Assembly: GCF_004010195.1 (NCBI RefSeq)
Contig: NC_057713.1
Coordinates: forward strand, 41,449,081 to 41,513,080
From: Chiloscyllium plagiosum
Lineage: Eukaryota
Length of the DNA stretch: 64,000 bases
Direction of reading: 5' to 3'
Shown here: positions 12,631 to 24,159 of the stretch, piece by piece
Position numbering within the stretch: position 1 is the first letter of the stretch
How the letters are laid out: every line of letters starts with the position of its first letter
Notes under the pieces: generated by a model
The model's database searches: none
Seen by the model: the letters and a program-made list of their open reading frames with translations, nothing else
Told to the model about the DNA's origin: nothing
Made by a program: the position numbers and the translations under genes

Positions 12631-12703
12631 TGGTGAATGCGGGCATCAATCCCGTTACCTCTCACATGTAAAGCAAGCACTCTACCATTTGAGCTAATTC
12701 CCC
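12631..12703 (-). pseudogene. tRNA-Ala(AGC)-derived pseudogene; anticodon position now reads TAC
   Basis: GGGGAATTAGCTCAAATGGTAGAGTGCTTGCTTTACATGTGAGAGGTAACGGGATTGATGCCCGCATTCACCA aligns without gaps to the vertebrate tRNA-Ala-AGC sequence I recall (GGGGAATTAGCTCAAATGGTAGAGCGCTCGCTTAGCATGCGAGAGGTAGCGGGATCGATGCCCGCATTCTCCA); TTTT follows 5 nt downstream. Confidence 0.85.
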
Positions 12704-14041
12704 AGTGCTTTGTATCAAATGATGTTCTGTAGGGAAATGCAACAGACTAAGGAAGCCAATGAATCATCCAGGAAAGGGTTGTTTCTCTGTGATAACTATT
12801 TTTAAAAGGTCCCACATACCTGAAATGTTAATACTGTTTTCCTTTTTGCTGATGCTGTCTGAGTTGCTGGGTATTTACTGCATTTTCATTTTTTACAGAA
12901 TCACAGAATTAGTAGGATGCAGAAGAAGGCTATTTAGCCTATATTGTCGATGACAACTGAGCCTATATTTTTTAAAATAGAGTAGGACTCTGATATATTT
13001 TCTTTAAAATAAGAGCCTTTTCAAAACATCAATAATACCACAATAATCTTCTCTTTTTCAGAAAAGACAGAAGGGCTGGAACTGATGGAAGATGTTATGA
13101 GCAGGTGAAGAGGAGTGAATCGGCTGCAACCTCACAAGGTTTTCATTATGAAAGAAGAATTTTGTTACTCAGTAATCTAAGAAAACTAATAAAATACAAC
13201 ACACACACAAGTATAGTTATAAAGTTTGGAAAAAAAGGAGTGTGCCTTAAACAAAATAGGAAACCAAGTATAGGCAGTTCAAAAAGTCCTTGGATTCCTT
13301 TTGGTGCTAGATTTTAACTTTAGACCGCGGTTCTTCAATTGATGCATTGAATAATCAGCAGTGACAAAATTTGTGCATGGATTCTCCTCTGATTTGCTTT
13401 ATCACTCAGCATTGTTTTTCGAGATGTTCAGAGAAATAAAGAAAGTTCTCAGTCCAGTTGTTAAAGATACATTTTCTTTTCACTCTCTCTCCCTATGGAG
13501 AAAAACTTTTGCCTGAAATTAATTTTTCCAGTGTAGTCCCATCTCTGGCTTCATTTTATTTTAGGCGATTTTCTTCCCCGTATATAGAACATTCAAAAAT
13601 GCCCATATCAGACAAGAGATAAAGATCAAAGTGATGAGTTACAGTCATTTTGATGACATGTTAATTTAATTAGGGACTTTTTTTTAGGAGAGTAAGCTTG
13701 GAGAGTATGATTAAGTTAGGGGTTGATTCCGTGAAGGTCATAAATAACTTGGATTATCTTGGTGCAGCAGAGTGAATGTCTCTTATTGTTTATCTCAGTT
13801 GCAGTTGGCAACTGACAGCTGCCCTTTTTCCAAATCAGATATTTTTTATTTCCATACTCTCAAAATACTTATGTTTGAATTCAAGTCCAGCCTGGTATTT
13901 TTATTACAGTTAACATCAACACAGCTTTAAGTGGTTAATTTTCCATAATTGAACTTAATGTTTTCCATTATTCTGTGAATCAATTATTCTGTCAGCCCCA
14001 TAATCAGAGAGTTCATCTTTCTGATACTTTGCTGAGCAACA

Positions 14042-14651
14042 TGGATTGAATCTTACAGGCTGGTCAGTGGTAGGAACAGAACTGGAATGCTGGTAAAATA
14101 GCTGGGTGTTGAATGATGATGGTTTTCAGATTCTGTCCCTTGATAGGGAGGCTTCCCAGTCACTGTTTGGAGAGTGGATTGACTCACTTAGCTGCTTTTA
14201 CTTCAAAAGGTCCTTTTTGGGAATCATGAAATGAGCCTGCTGGGATTTTACTCATGGAGAGTGGTCTGCAGCCACATGGCAAGGCTGCCAGCTTCATGCC
14301 AGCTTCTTGTCACAATCTATCAGGCCATTGCAGGCTGAGGCTCCATGGGGCAAAGAATTGAATGTGGGCAGCGAATGCAAGGCCAATAATTCCCCAAGAG
14401 GGGCTTCCTCTCCGATCCCCCCAGTACCCTGATCTTATTTTAATTTGATTATTTAACTGGGGGCTCCCGTAAGGTTGATCTGCTTGCCTCAGCACTGCCC
14501 CCTCTATAAGTGGAGCTGCTGAATGGTCAAAGCTGCCTTTTCTCCATTACAGCGGGCAGCATCAGGCTCCTTAATCAGATGAGGGTGTCTGATGAAATTG
14601 TTGATCCATTCCTGACAGTAGAGTCTTGAAGCCCGGGATAAAATTCAGCCT
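14042..14651. mobile_element. Degraded MITE-like DNA transposon (Harbinger-type ends)
   Basis: Ends GGATTGAATCTTAC and ATAAAATTCAGCC form an imperfect inverted pair around a GC-richer interior. Confidence 0.4.
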
Positions 14652-14839
14652 ATCATATCAAGAAAGAAAGCTACGTGTGAAACTAACCACGTTATACAAA
14701 GTCAAATTGATAGACTGGTTTTGCAGTTCCTTCCATCCAAGACTAAATTTGGAAGCTTTACTTACAATTTGATTTGACTCCAGTCTTGTCGTTTTTTTAA
14801 TTACCGAGCAAGGCACTATAATTTTAAGACCATGAGGAG

Positions 14840-16440
14840 TATAATAGAATCAAAACATATTTGCAACAGAGAAACAGCCATCGTGGCCGTTGAAAATGGA
14901 ACCATCCAGCCTAATCCCAGTTTCCAGTATTATGCCCATTGCCCTGCAGATTACGGCCCTTGAGGTTTGGATCTAGCCTCCTTTTCAATGTTTCTACATC
15001 TACTACCCTGTTAGTCAGTGAGTTCCAGACCTTTCCCAGCCTATGGATGAAAAATGATTTTCCTTATCTTCCCTCTAAATTTTCTATCAATATTTTAAAT
15101 TTAATGTTCCTTAGTCACTAACTGCTCTGCTAAAGTAAATATAATCAATCCCCACACATTTTTATACAACTTAATCTAGTCTCCCCTCAGACTCCCATAT
15201 TCCAAGGAGAACAACTCCAATCTAGCCAATCATTCCACAATGCAGCATTTTTCGAGTAACAGCAGCATGTCCCTAAATTATTCTGGTGTAGCAGAGTACA
15301 TGTCTCCTATTGTTTATCCAAACTGCAGTTGCCAACTGTACTTTCCATTCTATTGACAGTTACTGTTTTTCCAAATCATACTTTTTTTTATTTTGAACAG
15401 AGTACCAGTGGAGTAGCAGCACAGAGCGTGGGCCCATCAACTCCATCTGCTTGTAATCTTTTTTTCTTTATCCTCTGATTTTTCTTCTTGCTTTAACTTT
15501 ACCTACCTTCTGTGGAGAGCTCGGTGTCCAGTGCAATGTTTCTTGTCGGCGATGGTAGCAGTGGGAGTTGGGTTTGTGCTGCTGGTGGTGGTGGTGGTGG
15601 CAGAGGGAGGTTAGATTGTGTTCCTGGTGGCTGCAAAAGGAGGTGAATCTGGGCCTAGTGTTCAGTGTGGGACCCAACAGCTTCAGTGGCAGCTGCATTG
15701 CCGACATTGGTCCGGTGCACATTCATGGTGGCAGCAGCAGTCAAGGCAAGATGCTGCCGAAGAATGGTGATACCATTCTGTGGCAGCAGTACGGTGAAGG
15801 GACTCAAGGCTGGCCAACTGCTTCGTGCTTGGTCTCAGAGTCAGGGTGGAAGAGCTCAACTCATGCCCACAGCTAAGCACTTAAGAAGGACTGTCATGTT
15901 AAACTTATATTTTTCTACTTTATACCTAAGATTTTGTACTTTTGTACCATTGTACCTAAGATGGTTCAGGGAATGGCAACTTTGTACACTTTTTACTGTA
16001 CTCCTGAATCCTTGTACTTGAGTACACATGACAATAAAATCTAATTCTAAGGTATTTAGTGAATATTGATTCTGTAACCACTCGGGCATAACTACATCCT
16101 TCTCTGTAATGTGATGACCAGAACTGTACACATTAGTCTTTTCGTGACCAAATTAATGTTTACACAGTTCAGCTGTAACCCTGCTATTTGTACATGCAAT
16201 ACCTCAGCCAATACAAGGAGGGAGTTTACATGCTTTCCCTGCCAACTATCAAGATATCCTGCCATCTTCAGGGATCAGTAGACATTCACTTTGAGTTTCC
16301 TCACTTCCTCTATACCTCAATATTCACCCATTAATTGTAGATTATCTTGCCTTATTTGACATCCCAAATACATCATTTCACATTTCTCCAGGCTAAAATT
16401 CCATTTGCCACTCATCTACCCATCCGACCAGCTACCAGCT
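14840..16440 (-). mobile_element. Old CR1 3' region, interrupted at ~15285-16050
   Basis: CR1 3' UTR-like start, and minus-strand CVQFWS-like motif (ACCAGAACTGTACACA) at ~16120. Confidence 0.65.
15285..16049 (+). mobile_element. Non-autonomous retroelement with Rex-like 3' tail
   Basis: Inserted in CR1; ends TACACATGACAATAAAATCTAATTCTA; its 5' ~90 bp recurs at 13761-13850. Confidence 0.5.
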
Positions 16441-16718
16441 ATCAGTCGAACATTTATTAGTAGTTATTTGGCTATTATTCTTAGGTCTAGCAAGAGAAAC
16501 TAAGCCAGAGAGCCTATATTATTTCAAATCTGAACCTTGCTTTACATTTTTGAATGCAACTTATATTGAGGAAATAATTTTGACTTTGCTCATTTTACCA
16601 AATATTTAACTAGGCTACTCCTTCACTAAAATAATAAACAAGATGAGAGGAGTGCAGTTTACACTTTGCTGTTCAGGGACCTGTTAGGAACTGTGTATCT
16701 GCAAAGTACTGTACTTAC

Positions 16719-16796
16719 AAGGAAAGAAGTTCCTGCACTTCTTCCATGACAGACCGTTTGCCGAATGCAGATATATTTCAAGTGAAGTTCTGAACC
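16719..16796 (-). other. Candidate exon (78 nt)
   Basis: Acceptor GCTTTGCCCTGTCAG and donor TT|GTAAGT; two frames open; third frame has GTCATGG starting MEEVQELLS; no recognisable protein. Confidence 0.3.
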
Positions 16797-16993
16797 CTGA
16801 CAGGGCAAAGCATTCCCCACAGGGAAAAAAAGAGAAATACTTGGATTGTACTGAAGCACTGTTCTGATGTATAAAAGTCAGACCAATATGTGTGATTTAC
16901 AATTTATACTGGTTTGTACATTTAGTTTGCAACCAACCCACAAAACAGAAGAAAATCAGGACTGGAAGGTTGCATGAGAAAGAGATGAGATCC

Positions 16994-17037
16994 TGATTTC
17001 TGTTTCTCTTTTAAGTGATTTCTGTTTCTCTTTTAAG
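16994..17037 (+). repeat. Perfect 22-bp tandem duplication TGATTTCTGTTTCTCTTTTAAG x2
   Basis: Directly visible. Confidence 0.95.
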
Positions 17038-17141
17038 GCATCCTCAAGCTTCCTTTGGACATCTAAAGACTGGCCAGATTCTGGGGTTCTCAGCACAAAC
17101 TTCTCTATATACTTTATTTGGACATCTCGCTGTTGGGTAAT

Positions 17142-17850
17142 TGTTATGACATGGGGTAAGCCTTCCTGCTTAATTTAAAACCAGCAACACAGAAAAGATT
17201 TATCCTCTGCAGTAATCTGTAAAAATTCAAGTAGCCAAATACTATTTAAAGTAAAAATTAACAACTTTATTTCTTAAAGTATAACAGAGGTATAATCAAC
17301 TAACAAGTTATATTCACAAGTCCTTACTCTAACCTATCTTTTACCTTCTCTACTATAATACTAGTCCGATAAAACTCCCAATTAAGATTTACAAAACAAA
17401 CTTTCTTATCTCAAAAAGACAGCTTCGGTTCTTCTATTTGGATCTTCTTAAATCTTATTTTCTTCTTCGTAGGGATATCTGCTTCACAGGTTACTGATTG
17501 ATAAAGATACTTTTAAGTGAGATATTTTTCAGGCAATCTTTTTACGTGCTGGTATCTTGGCAGTTCTCCTCCCAACTGTTCAAGTTTTCTCCAGTCTTAT
17601 ACCCCAGAGCATCAGATTCTGTCATTGGCTTTTAAGATTGTCAGTATACTCAATACAAACTTGATTGGAATTTGGTAGTTTTCGGGGTATAATTTAAACT
17701 GATTGGTCTAATTCGAATCTGTTTTTTTGTTGTTTCCAGGCAACCAGCTACGCTGGAGCACATGTTACATTGTGTCTTATTGAGAACATTTGGTGCTGTC
17801 ACTGCTAGCTTTAACTCTTAAAGGTACAGTATACCCACATCTTCATAACA
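17142..17850 (-). mobile_element. Solo LTR (~710 bp)
   Basis: Inverted termini TGTTATGA...TCATAACA (TG..CA); AATAAA on the minus strand near 17270; flanks GTAAT/GTAGC resemble a decayed TSD. Confidence 0.7.
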
Positions 17851-19810
17851 GTAGCTAAGGAGCAAAATGGGGAGGCAGGAAGACTTGTCATAGAATCATA
17901 AAATCCCTACAGTGTAGAAACAGACCATTTAATTATTTGGCTGCACAGAGCCCTGTGCATTAAGATGTGTAGTCTTCAGTGCATGCAAGTGCACCACACT
18001 GAGACTAACTGGCAATCCTAAATTGGCTATCAGCATAATTGTGTGCACACTCAGGATATTTTAGCATGTGTTACCCATTCACAGAATGACATCTATATTG
18101 GGCACTGTGTTATGAGGTTTGCAAGCACAGACTGATTTGGCATGGTCAACAGCTGCTTGCAGTGAACAGCCAGAAGGATGTGCAGTTTGACATGAACCAT
18201 AAGTGTTTGGGATGTACAGCCCTTTTTACCTAGCTAAACTTATTATACAAATGATTAATGTCGGTATGTGGGTATCAGTTCTGGGGCAAGGCTAATACAG
18301 CATTGATAATTCATGTGAATTGTCCCAATGAGTGCTTTTTTCTCTGCAATATCTGATACTCACATTCTGTGAATGAGTAAAGAAAAGAAATTACTGGATC
18401 CTTTACATCTACCAAGAAGTTAGATCCTCAAAAATTATTTTGTGAATTTGATGCTACATGAAGGTCTGAAAGAATCTAAAGGGGTTAATACTGTATGAGT
18501 CCCATAAGCATCACCCTTTGATGATGTCAGGAGGACTCGTGGGTAGGGTAACAAAGGTTCTTGTTGGAGTCTCTTAGGTTTGTATTATAAGTCTTAGGTC
18601 TCCAGTCTCTTTAACATAACATGCTATATCCTTGTACATGGAGATAGTTGTAGAGATGCAATAAATTATGCCTTATTTATTATAATAGTCCCTTTCAATT
18701 AGACCTGGAGGTGGCTATTCTCATCCCTACCAGACCATGTAAGCCTTGGAGAAACATGTGCCTGGAAGGTATTAGTGTCAGCACAGACAACATAGTGTTT
18801 GACCTCACCATTCAGTTTTGACAAACATGAGTTCCCATTTGTAAAGCATGTTGTCACTGCCTGATCATACCAAAATTTCCAAGTGAATTGTTAAGACATG
18901 TTTCATAATCCATTTTGTTCTTTCCTTCTTTTCCATTCTTTTCTTGCTTTGTAATTGCTTAAAACCTCTAGTAGCTTTAAGGATTTGCAGTTCTGATGAG
19001 CAATTATTGATGTGAAATATTCACCCTATTTCTCTCTCTTCAAGGGCTACTAGACCTTCTGAGTGTTTGCAGGACTTTCTGATTTTATTCCTAAAAAAGA
19101 AAACTGTCAGTCTTCTTTGCGTGCAATGTCTTGGCAGTAGAAGCAGAATCCAAATGAAAGACAGCACAATGTGGTCTGGAGCAGGCAGTCTCAGCTAATA
19201 AATCGAAGCTATTATTAGGAGGCAGGGAAAACAGATGGCTGGAGGTACAAAGCAGTAAGACTCAGCAGGGAGCAGTCACCTTAAGTGCCAGTTTATGGAA
19301 AACGTGCACACACTACCAAAGGAATAGGAATCCTGGTGCAGAAACCGGGACCACAGCATTGGCTCAATCTGTAATATACAAGTATTCTCCACTCCTTATA
19401 CAGGCATCTTCATTGTTTCACAATTGTTCATGCGGCTGCAAACGTCTGCCAATAGATGGAGTTTCATCTCCTGTACCTTTACCTACAGCAGCATGATTCA
19501 AGCAGCCTCACACTCTAAGACCCTTCCAACAGTGCAACCCTTTCTCCCCATTGACAGTGTGTTGGGACCTATAATCACAAATTATTTTCTTCTTCTTTAA
19601 CTTCAACTTTCCGCATCTTATTTTTTTTCAAGTAAAAAGATCTGTTTTCTACCTCATAAAGTTTCCGAAGACTTTGCAATATGTTTTGAAATGCTTTCTT
19701 GGAGACGAAAGGTCAGAGGAACAAGAACAGACCATTCAACCTGTCAAGCCTGTTCTATCATTTTTTACAAATATGGCTGTTGGACACTTCAATGGCTTTT
19801 AGCCACAGTA

Positions 19811-20081
19811 GGGATGGCATGGTGGCAAGAAATACTGCCTCACAGCATCAGGGTCCTAGGTTCAATTCCAGCCTTGGATGACTGTCTGTGTGGAGTTTGC
19901 ACATTCTCCCTGTGTCTGTCTGGGTTTCCTCCAGGTGCTCAGGTAGGAAGCCATTGAATGCCAGGTAAATTGCCCATAGTGTTAGGTGCATTAGTCAGAG
20001 GGAAATGGGTCTGGGTGGATTACTCCTCGGAGGGTCGGTATGGACTTGTTGGGCCGAAGGGCTTGTAGGTAATCTAATCTA
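19811..20081 (+). mobile_element. HE1-like SINE
   Basis: Head GGGATGGCATGGTGGC, GGTTCAATTCC, TGTGTGGAGTTTGCACATTCTCCC core and AATCTAATCTA tail; sits within a minus-strand CR1 3' end. Confidence 0.85.
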
Positions 20082-21162
20082 TCCTCCTAACCATTTACTT
20101 CATTGTTGCCAGACATCCATCAATCTTGATGTTAAACATACCCAAAGACTAAGCTTCCACAGCTTTCTGCCTTAAACAATTCCAGATATCTCTCTGTAAA
20201 AAATAGTTCACCTACTCTCTGTCCCAAATGACATTCCCTTATTTTTTAAATTTTGCCCGCTGGTTTTAGACTCCTCAACAAGGGGAAACAGCTTACCTGC
20301 ATCTGTCCTGTTTTATTACATTAAGCATTTTGTAAGCTTCAATGAGATCACTGCCCATTCTGTGAAACTCGAGAGAATACATACTCAGATTATCCCATCT
20401 CTCTTCAGAGGCCACTCTGGGGCAAGACTGGCAAACTGTCATTTTACTCCATTGGTGGCAATAATGTCCTTCCTAAGATAAGGATTCAAAACTGCATGGG
20501 ACGCTCTTTACGTGGGGTCTAACCGAACTTCTATACAATTGAAGTAAGACTTCACGACTCCTGTACATATGAACATAACAACTAGGAGCAGGAGTAGGCA
20601 ATTCAGCCATTCCAACCTGCTCAGCCATTCAATGCGATCATAGTTGATCCCATTATGACATCAATTCCACTTTTCTGCCCACTCTCCATAACCCTTTAAC
20701 TTGTTACTAATTAAACATCTGTCTATCTCCTCCTTAAATTTACTGTGTCCCAGCATCCATGAGTTATTTACAAAGATTCATCACCCTTTGAAAGAATTTC
20801 TCCTCATCCCCATCTTAGATCTGCCATTCCTTGTCCTAAAATTATGCTCCTGTCTTTCCAGATTGCCCACCTGAGGAGACATCCTTGCTACATCTACTTT
20901 GCCAATCAAATCTAGCATCTTATGTACTCAATTAGATTACATCTCATTCTTCTAAACTTTAGAGAGTATAGGTCTGACCTGCTCATTGTTTCTTCATTAG
21001 ACAAATCCCTGAAATCAATCTAATGAATCTCCTCTGAATTGCCTTCAATGCAATTACATCCCACCTCAAGAAAGGGGACCAAACTGAATTCAAAACCCCA
21101 GATGCTGTCCCATTAATGCCTTGTGTAGTTGCAGCAATGCTTCCCTGTTTTCGTAATCTATT

Positions 21163-21340
21163 GAGGAGAAAGTGAGGTCTGCAGATGCTGGAGATCAGAG
21201 CTGAAAATGTGTTGCTGGAAAAGCGCAGCAGGTCAGGCAGCATCCAAGGCCTGAAGAAGGGCTTATGCCCGAAACGTCGATTCTCCTGTTCCCTGGATGC
21301 TGCCTGACCTGCTGCGCTTTTTCAGCAACACATTTTCAGC
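21163..21340. mobile_element. Fold-back PLE pLTR cassette (family A); intact hammerhead core on + strand at 21251-21278
   Basis: TSD TTCGTAATCTATT at 21150-21162 and 21341-21353. Confidence 0.9.
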
Positions 21341-21697
21341 TTCGTAATCTATTCCTTTAACAATAAATGCCAAAATTCCATTTGTCTTCCTTACTACCTG
21401 CTGTATCTGGGCACTAATTTTCTGTGATTCATGCATGAGGGCATCCAGATCCCTCTGCACTGAAGTACTTTGACGTTCCTCTCCATTAAGATCATAAGTT
21501 GCCACGTTCATATCTATCTGCCAAATTTTGACCTAGTCACCTAACCTATCCATATTCATTTGTAAATTTCTTATATCTTCATTGTAACTGACTTTCCTGC
21601 ATCATTTAGAGTAATCTGCTCAAAACTACTCCTTTCACTACTCCTTATGCCACCATGGCTAACTAGCTTTTAACCTTCCTGACTATCGTGACATCCT

Positions 21698-21915
21698 GAG
21701 CTGAAAATGTGTTGCTGGAAAAGCGCAGCAGGTCAAGCAGCATCCAAGGAGCAGGAGAATCGACGTTTCGGGCAGGAGCCCTTTTTCAGGAATCATCGAG
21801 GTTTCGGGCATGAGCCCTTCTTTCTCCTGCTCCTTGGATGCTGCCTGACCTGCTGCGCTTTTCCAGCAACACATTTTCAGCTCTGATCTCCAGCATCTGC
21901 AGTCCTCACTTTCTC
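21698..21915. mobile_element. Fold-back PLE pLTR cassette (family A) with internal micro-inversion
   Basis: TSD CTATC(G/A)TGACATCCT at 21683-21697 and 21916-21930. Confidence 0.9.
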
Positions 21916-22861
21916 CTATCATGACATCCTATCAGGGTTTTATGTCTTAACATTAGGGTGATTATGTATTTTATGTGTATTTTGTTGGAGAGTTGACGGG
22001 TGTCATGATCCTTTGCTAAACTTTGCACCATGTATAAATTGTTAGCAGAAGGTTGTAATGCTTGTACACTTTGATGAAAGCTTCCTTGTCCCCTGCCAAC
22101 GCAGTCTAGTTTGATGCCAGCTTGAGCACTGAATCAAGCTTTGTGTAGCCTTGCCAGCCTTTATTTATATTGTTTCCAGCACATGAAAGAATATAGCACT
22201 GATGTTAGCTTATTAAGAATGTAAAACTGAACATTGCTTTAGCTAAAACACCTTTACTGCAGTAAGGTTACCTTATTTAGTAACTCAAGAAAGTCAACTT
22301 AAAGAGAGTTACTCATGACTTCACACCATTACTTGTACCAAAGTATCTGAATTTACTTGAACTTTTGAGTGCCAATGATCTAAGAAATAATTAATGCCAG
22401 GGAGCATACTGTGATAGGAGCTGAGAGAACACCTCTGTTCAGCTCAGATATGCCAGTGGAAAGAATTATATAGGAGAAAAGGTCCACTCTAATTTGTGTA
22501 AGGATTATAAAGGAAACTGGGGGGGGTGCAATTTTTCAGTCCTCCCTTTCTAATTCTCCTGAACATAGTTCACCTGGTAAATATATAATAAAATTTGGAA
22601 TATTTCCCTCAAGTGTTATGTGTGGCTTTGGCATACGCAAAGCAGATGGACATTTTTAATTAGTCAATGATGAACCACAAATTTTTTTCCAGTCTTTATA
22701 GTGAACTGAAACAAAAAACAATTTCACTAACATACATTTGTTAAATCTGACTTCATTTCAAAGATTAAAGAAATTGATTGAAATCACACCACTGAGTTTG
22801 GAGTACACTTTGGTCCACATCCCATGATTATTGTAAATGCACAAAGTCTCAATGGGCTCAA

Positions 22862-23616
22862 TGGTGCTGCGTTATGGTAAGGCATATCAGGGCAGGATTT
22901 ATGCAGTTAATGGTAGGGCCCTGGGAGTGTTGCTGAACAAGGAAACCTGGGGTGCAGGTGCATAGTTCCTTGAAAGTGGAAGCACAGGTAGACAGCGTGG
23001 CGAAGAAGGCATTTGGCATGCTTGTCTTCATTGGTCAGGACATTGAGAATTGAATGTCATGTTGTAGCTGTACAAAAATAATACTGCGTACAGTTCTTGT
23101 TGCCTTTCCGTAAAAAGGATATTGTTAAACTTGAGAGGTGCAGAAAAGATTGATAAGAATGTTGCCAAGGTTGGAGGGTTTGAGTTATAGGGTGAAGCTG
23201 AATAAGCTGGCACTTTTTCCCCGGAGTGTTAGAGGATGAGGTGTGACACTATAGAGGTTTATAAAACCATGAACGACATGGATAAGTTAAATAGTCAAGG
23301 TGTTTTTCCAAGGGTAGGGGAGTCCAAAACAAGACAGCATACGTTTAAGGTGATAGAAGATAGATTTAAAAAGGACTTGAGCAACTTTTTCACGCAGAGG
23401 GTGGATGGAACAAGCTGCCAGAGGAAGTGGTGGAGGCTGGTACAATTGCAACATTTAAATGGCACCTGGATGGATATATGAATAGGGAGGATCTAGAGGG
23501 ATATCAGCCAGGTGTTAACAAATGGGACTAGGTCAAACAAATGGGACGTCTGGTCAGCACCTACGAGTTGGATGGATGGATCTGCTTCCATGTTGTATGA
23601 CTCTATGATTCTATGA
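22862..23616 (+). mobile_element. CR1/HER1-like LINE 3' fragment
   Basis: IEVYKTM, FPRVGESKTR.H.FKV and NFFTQRV motifs; (CTCTATGA/TTCTATGA) tail. Confidence 0.9.
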
Positions 23617-24118
23617 CCTTTCAGTTTTGTAATAGAAGTAATGTAAAACTGTCAATGCTTGCTGTTGTTCCTCATCTAAAACTAGCAGGAACCTCTGTGG
23701 ACAAAATTTCTGGAGATGAGTTTTCCTGGATGTTGGAATATAGTGGGGTGAAGTGCAGTGCAGGGAGTTGCCTGAAAATACGAGCGCCAGGCAGTGTGCA
23801 AATTTCAAGACACCCATCCAGCGCTGGCTGTAAATAACCAGGCAAGGATAGTGAGTTTAAGGAAACTCACCTCATTGCCAGTAAAAAGCTCACTCTTGGA
23901 AAATCTGAAATTCCCATTCGAGATGGGTTTCTGACCCAGGAACAGACTTAACTCCTGTTTCTATTCCCCGCGGTGAAATTCAACCCTGGAATATTCACAT
24001 GTGCAGCTAAATGTCGAAGCTCCTAACCATGATTCTACACTTCTCCTTACGATGCATTATCTCCTGAAGACTGCAAATAATTAGAAATCACTGAATTGAT
24101 GAACACTTCTACTTACAT

Positions 24119-24159
24119 CTGTCAATTTGCTGTAAAAATGAGCTACAGCAAATTGACAG
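24119..24159. repeat. Perfect 16-bp inverted repeat with 9-nt loop
   Basis: CTGTCAATTTGCTGTA-AAAATGAGC-TACAGCAAATTGACAG. Confidence 0.9.

Larger units (their letters stand above)
19715..21620 (-). mobile_element. Two adjacent degraded CR1 3' fragments (about 19715-20565 and 20570-21620)
   Basis: Tails at ~19720 and ~20570; minus-strand IQRRFIRLI, VQRDLDALMHES and GILAFIVKGIDY motifs. Confidence 0.75.

Noticed and set aside
12631-12703. Functional tRNA-Val(TAC)
   Set aside because: The body is tRNA-Ala, with CpG-type changes in the stems and T-loop and an acceptor-stem mismatch; decay explains the anticodon better.
13062-13104. Possible + strand 43-nt exon (TTTTTCAG...AG|GTGAAG)
   Set aside because: The donor is weak, no partner exons or recognisable peptide were found, and such matches are expected by chance.
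15468-16021. Overlapping ORFs with poly-Trp or poly-His runs
   Set aside because: They arise from a (TGG)n/GC-rich tract within a repeat insertion.
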